Shown here: one piece after another, positions 1-7,323 of the stretch
How positions within the stretch are numbered: position 1 is the stretch's first letter
Layout of the letters: every line of letters begins with the position of its first letter
Virus record (IMG/VR): IMGVR_UViG_3300045988_146331
Location: 1 to 57,615 of that record
From: a virus
Length of the DNA: 57,615 nt
Reading direction: 5' to 3' (one strand)
The notes under the pieces: model-generated
Told to the model about the DNA's origin: nothing
What the model saw: only the letters and a program-made list of their open reading frames with translations
Database searches by the model: none
Made by a program: the position numbers and the translations under genes

Positions 1-55
1 GTTTCTGTTATGTTATTTTCTTTTTTTGCCATATTAATTAAATCTCCTTTTTCTT
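1..55. repeat. Terminal overlap: nt 1-55 identical to nt 57561-57615 (circular contig closure; unit genome 57,560 bp)
   Basis: Both ends read GTTTCTGTTATGTTATTTTCTTTTTTTGCCATATTAATTAAATCTCCTTTTTCTT; sequence diverges immediately outside. Confidence 0.97.
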
Positions 56-1166
56 TTAATATTTCTATAATTTCTTTCTTTTTCATGTTCTTTGGGATAT
101 CTATATTATACTTATTCGCTAGTTCTAATAATTCATCTTTTTTATAATCTTCTAATCGTTTAATTCCCATAAAATCATTAAATTTTAATTCAGCATATTC
201 AATATACCATGTTTTATCAATATCGTCAATAGTTAGTTTGTTCGCGTTATCTACAATTGGATTCGGAGGACAATTTGCCAAACTATCTCGCCTCCCATTG
301 GGTTTTATTTTTATGATATTACCACTAGGAACAAGTCCAGCATATATACGATTGTTTTTTTGTAACTCAATATCTCCATTTGGTGATTCTTGTACACATT
401 TTTCATAGGTGGAACCTAAATGAGATATCATTTGAAAACGGAATATATCATTGCAATTATTTATCGTATCTTCAATTGGAATATCAAATAATAATTTCTT
501 TAATAATGCCTCACTTACAATACTTAAGGAATTACTTTTTAAACTCTTTTTGTATGTATATTCAAATACTTTCTTATCCTTATTCCATTTGAAATTATGT
601 TCACCTCGTGTCAATTCTCCACCTTTGTAATTGACTTTGTAATCATTATCTCCGGTTTGAATAATTTCTGCAAAATTGTTAACATCACGAGCAACACATT
701 TTACAACATTGTCTTCTTCTAATTCAAGTCCCGTTAATCGTTGCCAATTATCTAAAATTTTAATAGCATTTTGTTTATATTCTTCATCTATAAAAAATTT
801 GACAGCATCTGTATTAGCTTCGCACATTTCTAAAGTTGGAACACTTTGCAAATCATGTATTAATTGTAGTATTAATAACTGACCGGTTGTGCAAATACTA
901 AATCCTTGTAAATTATCATATAATGGATTGAATGGCGCTCGTAATGCTCCAGTATAAGCATTGATCGGCAACTTTAATCCTTTGTTTACATCGCCCATTG
1001 TAACATCATATTCTCTTAAAAAATCATTTGATAACTTGTTATGTTTCGCTTTTATACGAGTACGTTTTATGTTTATATAAGCATCTTTATCTTTCTGATT
1101 TCTACTAGAATACCCAAATATTTCTATCTCACTTGGATAAAGGGATCCGGAGTGATGCGACATCAT
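1..1166 (-). CDS. Family-B DNA polymerase, catalytic (palm/thumb) half. The ORF runs off the left edge and continues in frame at 57560.
   Basis: Manual minus-strand translation gives MMSHHSGSLYPSEIEIFGY...GLKLPINAYTGALRAP...MCEANTDAVKF...NYKGGE... This contains SLYPS (end of motif A), a KxxxNxYxG motif-B-like segment and an NTDA motif-C-like segment. No in-frame stop between 1166 and 1, which is why it is missing from the ORF track. Confidence 0.8.
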   Translation of the reverse strand, partial: MMSHHSGSLYPSEIEIFGYSSRNQKDKDAYINIKRTRIKAKHNKLSNDFLREYDVTMGDVNKGLKLPINAYTGALRAPFNPLYDNLQGFSICTTGQLLILQLIHDLQSVPTLEMCEANTDAVKFFIDEEYKQNAIKILDNWQRLTGLELEEDNVVKCVARDVNNFAEIIQTGDNDYKVNYKGGELTRGEHNFKWNKDKKVFEYTYKKSLKSNSLSIVSEALLKKLLFDIPIEDTINNCNDIFRFQMISHLGSTYEKCVQESPNGDIELQKNNRIYAGLVPSGNIIKIKPNGRRDSLANCPPNPIVDNANKLTIDDIDKTWYIEYAELKFNDFMGIKRLEDYKKDELLELANKYNIDIPKNMKKKEIIEILKEKGDLINMAKKENNITE

Positions 1167-1272
1167 AATTTAATAACAATCGCTTACCCATTTACATCAC
1201 CCCTCACCATAATATTGCCATTCATTATTCAACTTTAAATCTGTTGGAATTAAAATCACATCTTTCATAATT
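1143..1272 (-). other. Disrupted motif-A region of the polymerase gene (stop-filled coding gap, frame change, partial duplications)
   Basis: Frame A reads ...INYERCDFNSNRFKVE-TAA-TGA-MAILW-TGA-GVM-TAA-MGKRLLLNYDVASLRIPLSK-TGA. Frame +1 reads MMSHHSGSLYPS... The direct repeat AATTATGA occurs at 1272-1265 and 1170-1163. Confidence 0.85.
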
Positions 1273-2103
1273 TATAACACCTTCTTTTAAAAAAGCATGA
1301 CCTCCACCAAGTCCAACTTGAAATAATATCGAACCGAAATCAAGTAGAGGTGGCTCTGGTTTATAATTTAAATCATTGTGTTCGATTAAATCGTCAATAT
1401 AATCTAATACTTCTTTCGGTATTTTACTTTTATCAACTATGTCCGGATATACATATGCGAAATTATCGTCATGTTCAATTCTAGTAGCATTTAGTAATTT
1501 CGCTGTTAAATTCGCATCAGTCAACGACAATGCCTGGGCATAATCCATTTTACCAAGCTTGGCAATGATGAATTTTGATTTATATCTATTAATCAACATT
1601 TCAAATATTGGGAACAAGGCATCAACATCACATCGGCAATAATATAATACTTCTTGAAATTGTTCTTCTGTCCATTTTGTTTTTAAATCAAAAGGAATTG
1701 TTGTTTCTGTAATGTTTAGTCCTAAATTACCTTCTAATTCTTTTAATGATTTTCTAGGTACAATACATGGCATTAAATCCCAGATTATAGGAAGTTTTAC
1801 ATTTTCACATGGTATTTCCCAACCATTCCCACCACCTACAATATAATCACTCAATTCTCGTAATTCTTCTGGTGTAGCTCCGGCTAACCAAAATTTCAAG
1901 ATATATTTATCATATTCATTTGAATTATAACCACATAAAATAGGGTTATTTTTATCAATAAATTGTTGCAATTCATTTGCGCTACAATTATGTGCTACAT
2001 ATTCTTCTCGGGTTGTATATTTTTTAAATACGAATAAACTATCATGCGCAAATGATTCCGCATCGAAGAACCATAATGTATTTAGTAAATCATCAAATGT
2101 CAT
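1225..2103 (-). CDS. Family-B DNA polymerase, N-terminal 3'-5' exonuclease half
   Basis: ExoI FFDAES, ExoII NSNEYDKYIL, ExoIII YYCRCDVDAL. Ends ...GGGHAFLKEGVINYERCDFNSNRFKVE*, i.e. inside the pre-motif-A/motif-A segment. Confidence 0.8.
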   Translation of the reverse strand: MTFDDLLNTLWFFDAESFAHDSLFVFKKYTTREEYVAHNCSANELQQFIDKNNPILCGYNSNEYDKYILKFWLAGATPEELRELSDYIVGGGNGWEIPCENVKLPIIWDLMPCIVPRKSLKELEGNLGLNITETTIPFDLKTKWTEEQFQEVLYYCRCDVDALFPIFEMLINRYKSKFIIAKLGKMDYAQALSLTDANLTAKLLNATRIEHDDNFAYVYPDIVDKSKIPKEVLDYIDDLIEHNDLNYKPEPPLLDFGSILFQVGLGGGHAFLKEGVINYERCDFNSNRFKVE

Positions 2104-2105
2104 TA

Positions 2106-2315
2106 TTATTCCTTATGATTTTTCTCATCTTCTTGAGGTTTTTTTAATTCTTGTAGCGCTGTCAAATATAATTCTAATTCGCGTTCTGCATTACTTTCTT
2201 GTGACTTAAACCAGCTAAACCAGCTGCTAACAATACCAACTATAATAGCTATTAGAAACAATACAACAAATAACAAACCCAAAAATTTTATAGCAAATAT
2301 AAGAGACTCTATCAT
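2106..2315 (-). CDS. Small membrane protein
   Basis: ORF track; one long hydrophobic helix (FLGLLFVVLFLIAIIVGIV); tightly packed in the operon. Confidence 0.55.
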   Translation of the reverse strand: MIESLIFAIKFLGLLFVVLFLIAIIVGIVSSWFSWFKSQESNAERELELYLTALQELKKPQEDEKNHKE

Positions 2316-2316
2316 A

Positions 2317-2502
2317 CTACTTTACCTCACTTTCATCTTTAACATATGTTCTACCCTTTATTCTTTTTACAGAAACATATCTTCCTACCGCTTTATCATA
2401 TATTTTCGCAGGTTGCGGTTGAGCAAAAAAGATGCTCCCTCTATTTTTATATAATTCTTTATAATAGTTTTGTTTTTCTTTATAATTCTTGAATTCTTCC
2501 AT
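2317..2502 (-). CDS. Hypothetical protein
   Basis: ORF track; 1-4 nt spacing to neighbours. Confidence 0.5.
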   Translation of the reverse strand: MEEFKNYKEKQNYYKELYKNRGSIFFAQPQPAKIYDKAVGRYVSVKRIKGRTYVKDESEVK

Positions 2503-2505
2503 AAA

Positions 2506-3921
2506 CTATCCTCCCATTATTTCATAGTTTTGTTGTTTATATATTTTTTTACGTTCTCTTAGGAACTTGTCTAATTTCCCAACATCATCAACAATGTCAT
2601 AAACATTCGCATATTTTTTACCTTTATAAGGTCTTTGAACTCGACCAATACTTTGTATAACTATTCTTAAATCTTTTACAGGCGTTGCCATTACTAAATT
2701 TTCTAATATAGGGGCGTTAAAACCTTCACAAATCAATTTATAGGTAGCAAATAAGTACTTTATTTCACCTTTTCTAACTAGATCTAGTCCTCTTTCACGT
2801 TCTGCCTTTTTAGTAGAACTATCTACAAAAAACGCATTATCAAAATAACTAGCAAGTTCTTTCAATTGACTGGTTCTATCGCTTACAACAATTGTAGAAC
2901 CTTTTAAAGAGGACAATAAGTCCAATATCAGTTTATTTCTAGCTGTATCTTCCGCAATATCTGTTAATAATTTTGAAAACGATACAGTTTGATTATCATT
3001 CATGAATATGTCTTTACCCATTACACTATAATTAGTATAAATATAATATATTCGAGCTGGAATTTGGAAATCAGCTGCATTTACACTAACTATATTTTTA
3101 TTTTCATAGATGCCAATTAACTTATCGTCAACTTTTTTTAATTCATATATTATATTGCCAATTAAATATGGTATTACTTTGTGAAGACCATTGCTAGTAT
3201 GCAACGTAGCTGTCAAACCCAATTTATACCTACTTGCAAAGTAATTCATACATTTTTGAAATTGCATTACAGATTCACCACTTATAATACAATGCTGAAT
3301 TTCATCACCAATTACCATACCAAACGCATCCTGTGGAATTTCTTCTTTATCAATTACATTTGATAATGTTTGAATAGTTGCAAATACAATATCACCACTA
3401 TAATCACATTTGCCTTTAGTTATTGTGCTAGTTTTACATATCATGTTGCTTTCACATTCGGTTTTCGCTTGATTTAGCAAATCTTGCGTATGAGTGAGCC
3501 ATAATGTCTTTTGTTTTAATTCACCAAAACACGCTAATGCTGTCAAAGTCTTACCCGTCCCTGCAGGTAATATAAATAGCCCATTATAGTACTTTTTAAT
3601 GGCATCTAAGCAAGGAACTTGATAATCTCGTAATTTTATATTACTAACTACATTAACCGGCTTATCGTTGCTAAAATCAACCCAATCATCCGTAATAGGA
3701 TGAATTTTCCATAAATCATTGAATGAGCCTATTGGTAAATAATACATATCGTTATATTTTGAGTAAACTGTTATAAATCGAGAAATATTACCTACATAAA
3801 AACCCATTCGTTTTCGTTTTTCAAAATCTGGATTAGGAAAAGTCAAATTGTTTTTACAATATAACTCAATATCTTTTGTGTAATCAGTTATTGTAATAAC
3901 ATTACTTATATATAGTTTCAA
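2506..3921 (-). CDS. SF2 DEAD/DEAH-box DNA helicase (TTG start)
   Basis: Walker A LPAGTGKT, DExH box GDEIQH, C-terminal helicase domain (QSIGRVQR). The start overlaps the stop of the upstream gene. Confidence 0.85.
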   Translation of the reverse strand: MKLYISNVITITDYTKDIELYCKNNLTFPNPDFEKRKRMGFYVGNISRFITVYSKYNDMYYLPIGSFNDLWKIHPITDDWVDFSNDKPVNVVSNIKLRDYQVPCLDAIKKYYNGLFILPAGTGKTLTALACFGELKQKTLWLTHTQDLLNQAKTECESNMICKTSTITKGKCDYSGDIVFATIQTLSNVIDKEEIPQDAFGMVIGDEIQHCIISGESVMQFQKCMNYFASRYKLGLTATLHTSNGLHKVIPYLIGNIIYELKKVDDKLIGIYENKNIVSVNAADFQIPARIYYIYTNYSVMGKDIFMNDNQTVSFSKLLTDIAEDTARNKLILDLLSSLKGSTIVVSDRTSQLKELASYFDNAFFVDSSTKKAERERGLDLVRKGEIKYLFATYKLICEGFNAPILENLVMATPVKDLRIVIQSIGRVQRPYKGKKYANVYDIVDDVGKLDKFLRERKKIYKQQNYEIMGG

Positions 3922-4313
3922 TGTCGTTCGTTCCTTTTAATACATACACAATCTTTTTCCAAATCAAGATATCCTTTTGATTTAAATAAAAGCCTTGCTG
4001 AGTCCCATGTTATACAATATTGCCCCAAAACATCACTTTTAATGAAAATCAATATTTCATTATTACCTTTTGTTCTAAAATTATCAAGCTCATCTCTTTT
4101 ATGTCGTAAGCCACTATTTTCAAAGTACAACTTAGTGTTTTTAGTATGCTTTGCTTCAATGCAAATTGCTTTATTATTACGTATTGCAATAATATCAAAT
4201 ACTGTACCTGCAATGTCGGTCGATAATTTAAAAGTACAATATCCTTGTTTAGAATAGTTTTCCATTATCTCTTGTTCCCAAGATTTACCAATCTTATATT
4301 GTTGAAGTCCCAT
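3918..4313 (-). CDS. Hjc/archaeal-type Holliday-junction-resolvase-like PD-(D/E)XK nuclease
   Basis: GKSWEQEI...FDIIAI...IEAKHT pattern (D...E-x-K). Confidence 0.65.
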   Translation of the reverse strand: MGLQQYKIGKSWEQEIMENYSKQGYCTFKLSTDIAGTVFDIIAIRNNKAICIEAKHTKNTKLYFENSGLRHKRDELDNFRTKGNNEILIFIKSDVLGQYCITWDSARLLFKSKGYLDLEKDCVCIKRNERH

Positions 4314-4441
4314 TCTACCACACTTTCATTTGTGATATTATTTTGATATTCTTAGAATATTTGCATTTTCTTTGAAAAGCATCAAATTCATAACTAGGTA
4401 TATCTTTTTCAAATATCTTATTTGTTCTCAAATCTTTAATT

Positions 4442-4693
4442 CTACAATGATACATTTTTCTTCATCTCCAATACTTTTTTATTATAATCGTCCATTATAT
4501 CAAACGAAATTCCTAATGATTTGTTAAGCATTGATTTAGTCTTAACTTGTAATGGTCTAAATGGCTTTTTTTCATTTAGAAATTCAATTAACCAACCATG
4601 TGGTATACCTTTTGCTGTAGAAAAACCTCTAATACTTAAACCACTTTCATATAGTATACGTTTGATTTCTTTGTATAATTCAGTATCAATCAT
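4442..4693 (-). CDS. Small HTH-like DNA-binding protein; first gene after promoter 4716-4744
   Basis: ORF track; the LSIRGFSTAKGIPHGWL segment resembles a helix-turn-helix. Confidence 0.5.
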   Translation of the reverse strand: MIDTELYKEIKRILYESGLSIRGFSTAKGIPHGWLIEFLNEKKPFRPLQVKTKSMLNKSLGISFDIMDDYNKKVLEMKKNVSL

Positions 4694-4715
4694 ATCTTTC
4701 CTCCTATCTACTAAT

Positions 4716-4744
4716 ATAGTATCAAATTTTCACAAATAAGTCAA
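4716..4744 (-). promoter_or_regulatory. Sigma-A-type promoter TTGACT-17-TACTAT
   Basis: Minus strand reads TTGACTtatttgtgaaaatttgaTACTAT. Confidence 0.7.
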
Positions 4745-4752
4745 CCCTAAAT

Positions 4753-4781
4753 TTGACATATTTTAGAAATTATTGTAAAAT
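4753..4781 (+). promoter_or_regulatory. Sigma-A-type promoter TTGACA-17-TAAAAT, divergent from 4716-4744
   Basis: TTGACAtattttagaaattattgTAAAAT. Confidence 0.7.
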
Positions 4782-4787
4782 GTATAT

Positions 4788-4842
4788 GTGTTGTTATCGT
4801 TCGTTCCTTTCAACACATTAGGCACCGAAAGGTGCTTTTTAT
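4788..4842 (+). ncRNA. Candidate ~55-nt small RNA (hairpin with 17-nt loop plus intrinsic terminator)
   Basis: Starts after the 4753-4781 promoter. Stem TGTGTTG (4787-4793) / CAACACA (4811-4817) has loop TTATCGTTCGTTCCTTT. Then GGCACC-GAAA-GGTGCT + TTTTT follows. No ORF. Confidence 0.55.
4821..4842 (+). terminator. Intrinsic terminator (GAAA tetraloop hairpin + T-run)
   Basis: GGCACCgaaaGGTGCTTTTT. Confidence 0.7.
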
Positions 4843-4856
4843 TATGGAAAATAAAA

Positions 4857-4872
4857 ACACAGATATCTGTGT
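4857..4872. terminator. Perfect 16-bp palindrome flanked by an A-run and a T-run (bidirectional terminator; ends the minus-strand tRNA operon)
   Basis: aaaaACACAGATATCTGTGTttc. Confidence 0.6.
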
Positions 4873-4879
4873 TTCTTTG

Positions 4880-5197
4880 AAAGAAAATGAATGATATTAA
4901 TAGTATCTAAATTAATAGATACTGCACTAATGATATAAAGGTATTTAAATTAAACATTACGCTTAGTTTAATTCGTTGCGTTTTGCCAAGAACTCACTAC
5001 TAACCATGACTCGACATCCAAATATAGTTTTTATATATCATTAGTGCACTACCTATTAAGGTAGTTACAATGTTAAAGTTCATAGTTGAACTGACTTCCT
5101 TTGACAGTATAATTAAATGCTACCTTAATTATATCATAATTAATGATAAAAGATTGCAGAAAGCCGTTCATATATGATGGTACATAATAATATAAAA
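4880..5197 (-). ncRNA. ORF-free structured RNA region inside the tRNA operon (function unknown)
   Basis: 14-bp long-range helix 4924-4937/5034-5047. Hairpins at 5048-5065 and 5077-5092. Mutually exclusive pairing of 5056-5064 with 5120-5128. No ORF; lies between promoter 5478-5506 and terminator 4857-4872. Confidence 0.35.
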
Positions 5198-5292
5198 CAA
5201 ATATAGTACGAATCGAACGTACATTGGCTGTAATATTAAACATCATATTCCCAGCCTCACAATACAGGCTCTACCAATTAAGCTATATATTA
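5198..5292 (-). tRNA. Atypical 95-nt tRNA-like gene (canonical acceptor, D and T arms; expanded anticodon arm)
   Basis: Acceptor TAATATA/TATATTT, D arm GCTT-AATTGGTA-GAGC, T arm GTACG-TTCGATT-CGTAC. Between them are 44 nt, with helix CTGTA(5267-5263)/TACAG(5232-5228) enclosing 30 nt that begin TTGTGA. No encoded CCA. Confidence 0.45.
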
Positions 5293-5339
5293 ATTTTATA
5301 CTTATTAAGTACCATAGAATAGACATTCGTATCAATTAT

Positions 5340-5413
5340 TGGCACGTTCTTAAGGATTTGAACCCTAATTGATGGTTCTGGAGACCATAGTCCTACCATT
5401 GAACGAAGAACGC
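5340..5413 (-). tRNA. tRNA-Trp (anticodon CCA), CCA end encoded
   Basis: GCGTTCT-TC-GTTC-AATGGTA-GGAC-T-ATGGT-CTCCAGA-ACCAT-CAAT-TAGGG-TTCAAAT-CCTTA-AGAACGT-G-CCA folds as a cloverleaf. Confidence 0.85.
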
Positions 5414-5477
5414 ATTAAATGTCTACTCTATGCTACTTAATAATAGCACGATATACAACTTTGCTTGATATAATCAT

Positions 5478-5506
5478 ATTATATCATAACTTTTCTTTTT
5501 TGTCAT
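5478..5506 (-). promoter_or_regulatory. Promoter of the tRNA operon (ATGACA-17-TGaTATAAT)
   Basis: Minus strand reads ATGACAaaaaagaaaagttatgaTATAAT. Confidence 0.65.
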
Positions 5507-5588
5507 CTTTTTTTAAAACTTTCTTTAATTTTTCTTCATGTATTTTAAGCATATCTTAATCACCATACTTATTGCCATGTTCCTTAGA

Positions 5589-5837
5589 TCATTTAAAAGC
5601 TTGAAGATAGTTTTTATAAAAAGTAATATATTGTTTATTATTAAAATCAATACTCTTTATAATATCATTGAAACATTCGTCTCGTTCTTTTTGGTTTTCG
5701 AACTTAATACAAATGTCCTTCATATTTTTGAAAGTTATACTTATCCTACAATGGTCGCCTATCCCGAAACCGAATTTTTCTATATACAATACTTGTTCCA
5801 TATCCAATATAGTATCTTTCACCCTAATCATTTTCAT
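5589..5837 (-). CDS. Hypothetical protein
   Basis: ORF track; operon strand; 2-nt gap to the upstream gene. Confidence 0.55.
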   Translation of the reverse strand: MKMIRVKDTILDMEQVLYIEKFGFGIGDHCRISITFKNMKDICIKFENQKERDECFNDIIKSIDFNNKQYITFYKNYLQAFK

Positions 5838-5839
5838 AA

Positions 5840-6199
5840 TTATCCTCCTATTCTATAACTACTAGCTTTAAATTGCTCTCTAGTCAATACTTCTTCGATA
5901 TCATCACTACTACAATATTCTCCGTCATAACATGTTGTCCATATTCTATCATGTTCTTTATCAATCTTAGTTATTTGTCCACATAAATTATTGGTAACTA
6001 CTACATCACCTACTTCAAGTAAGTCAATTATGTTATAACTGGCTTTAACTACATCATCATCACCAATAAACATAACATCTTTTAAATAATTTGCTTCAAC
6101 TCCATATTTCATATTTGGTTCTCGATAATCATTAATATTTATTATCTTACATATATAACCACTTTTTAATCTAGCAAATTGTCCAACTTCTAATTTCAT
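5840..6199 (-). CDS. Hypothetical protein
   Basis: ORF track; ATG overlaps the stop of upstream reading frame 6196-6411 (ATGA). Confidence 0.6.
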   Translation of the reverse strand: MKLEVGQFARLKSGYICKIININDYREPNMKYGVEANYLKDVMFIGDDDVVKASYNIIDLLEVGDVVVTNNLCGQITKIDKEHDRIWTTCYDGEYCSSDDIEEVLTREQFKASSYRIGG

Positions 6200-6411
6200 T
6201 CTTTTCCTCCAAAATATCTAATTTCACCATTATTATCTTTAAACACGTGTCCTTTGTCTATTACATAATCGTGTTTACTATCAACTATATCCAAACAATT
6301 ATTTATAACTAAATTTACTATTTTTGTGTTTTCTTCATATGCAATAATGTCATAGCCAAATATAATTTTTATTGCTAATTTTAATCTTTATTTAAATTCG
6401 TGTAATTTCAT
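6196..6411 (-). pseudogene. 72-codon reading frame with an in-frame TAA at codon 8 (MKLHEFK*RLKLAIKIIFGYD...GGKE*)
   Basis: GGAGA RBS before ATG 6411. The terminal TGA overlaps the next ATG. There is no ATG/GTG/TTG early after the TAA, so it is absent from the ORF track. Confidence 0.4.
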
Positions 6412-6425
6412 TATTTAATTATCTC

Positions 6426-6716
6426 CTATTCAAATATTTCTTTAATTGGTATATATTCGCCATCATAAATATATTTGTATTCTTTCACTTGCTTAACTGT
6501 TCCATCTTCTAATTCACATACAGGACTACCCTGTCCACCGCTTCTATAAGTCTTAGATTCATAAGAACACTCTTTTGCAACACCACTATTGTTATCTAGG
6601 TCTATAAATTCATAATGATATTTATTTTGTGAGAAACACATATAAATTAATACAGATATTACGAAAACTATACATCCTAAAATTATTGTTCCTATCCATT
6701 TCAAAAAATCAATCAT
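6426..6716 (-). CDS. Membrane-anchored hypothetical protein
   Basis: ORF track; N-terminal TM helix IGTIILGCIVFVISVLIYMCF. Confidence 0.6.
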   Translation of the reverse strand: MIDFLKWIGTIILGCIVFVISVLIYMCFSQNKYHYEFIDLDNNSGVAKECSYESKTYRSGGQGSPVCELEDGTVKQVKEYKYIYDGEYIPIKEIFE

Positions 6717-6979
6717 TATTTATCATCTCCTAATTTATAGCATTTATTTATACTTAAACAACTCACCAGCCTTATTTTTTTTATGTGTGATTTCCTAAAC
6801 CTTAAACCATGGTCTCTTATATCATTGCCTACAAAATAATAATTTTTCATATCTAATATTTTTGTTTTATTCATATATTCATTAGTTGAATATAAATAAC
6901 CTTTAAAGGTATTATTATCAAACAATATAACTTCTACCATTTTGTTTAGATATTTTTGTTCAAATTCATATCTTGTCAT
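6716..6979 (-). CDS. Hypothetical protein
   Basis: ORF track; 1-nt overlap with the downstream gene. Confidence 0.55.
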   Translation of the reverse strand: MTRYEFEQKYLNKMVEVILFDNNTFKGYLYSTNEYMNKTKILDMKNYYFVGNDIRDHGLRFRKSHIKKIRLVSCLSINKCYKLGDDK

Positions 6980-6988
6980 CTATATCTC

Positions 6989-7114
6989 CTATAATAGCAG
7001 TGTATAACTTGTACTATCAAATTCATATTTTTTATAAGGATGTGTTTCTTTTTTGTGTTCTTCTATAAGTCTATTTAAATTTTCAAAATTATAATATTTT
7101 ATTTCTCTATTCAT
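6989..7114 (-). CDS. Small hypothetical protein (41 aa, MNREIKYYNFENLNRLIEEHKK...)
   Basis: Manual translation; TAATG overlap with the stop of 7114..7344; below the ORF-track size cut-off. Confidence 0.35.
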   Translation of the reverse strand: MNREIKYYNFENLNRLIEEHKKETHPYKKYEFDSTSYTLLL

Positions 7115-7323
7115 TATTCTTCACTCACTTTCTCTACTAAATCTAATTGAAATAAGAAATAATTAAATACATCACTCATTAAACTAAATGCTACATATCC
7201 TTTTGGAAATTCAAATATTCTTGTTTCTTTGTTGTAATAATCTGATAAATCAAAATCAAATTTCTTTATTGATTTTCTATTAATTAAATTAAAACTTACT
7301 TCATCTTTTAATTTATATTTCAT
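7114..7323 (-). CDS. Hypothetical protein (likely start MKYKLKDEV at 7323)
   Basis: ORF track 7114..7344; the internal ATG lies inside ...GSDSNEI* of the upstream gene. Confidence 0.55.
   Translation of the reverse strand: MKYKLKDEVSFNLINRKSIKKFDFDLSDYYNKETRIFEFPKGYVAFSLMSDVFNYFLFQLDLVEKVSEE

Noticed and set aside
380-1238. Plus-strand ORFs 380..592, 676..882 and 1041..1238
   Set aside because: They lie antisense to the continuous polymerase reading frame on the minus strand. They have Ile/Leu/Phe/Tyr-rich AT-bias composition and no RBS.
4314-4441. 38-codon minus-strand ORF (TTG start, MRTNKIFEKDIPSYEF...) between the HTH gene and the resolvase gene
   Set aside because: It is plausible as a coupled mini-gene, but it is very short, has a non-ATG start and carries no recognisable motif. 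I did not list it as a feature.
5538-5865. Plus-strand ORFs 5538..5858 and 5668..5865
   Set aside because: They are antisense to the tightly packed minus-strand genes 5589..5837 and 5840..6199.
1143-6411. Stop-codon reassignment as the explanation for in-frame stops in the polymerase gap and in 6196..6411
   Set aside because: The polymerase gap contains both TAA and TGA and also needs a frame change. All other genes terminate normally at TAA, TAG or TGA with sensible lengths and overlaps.
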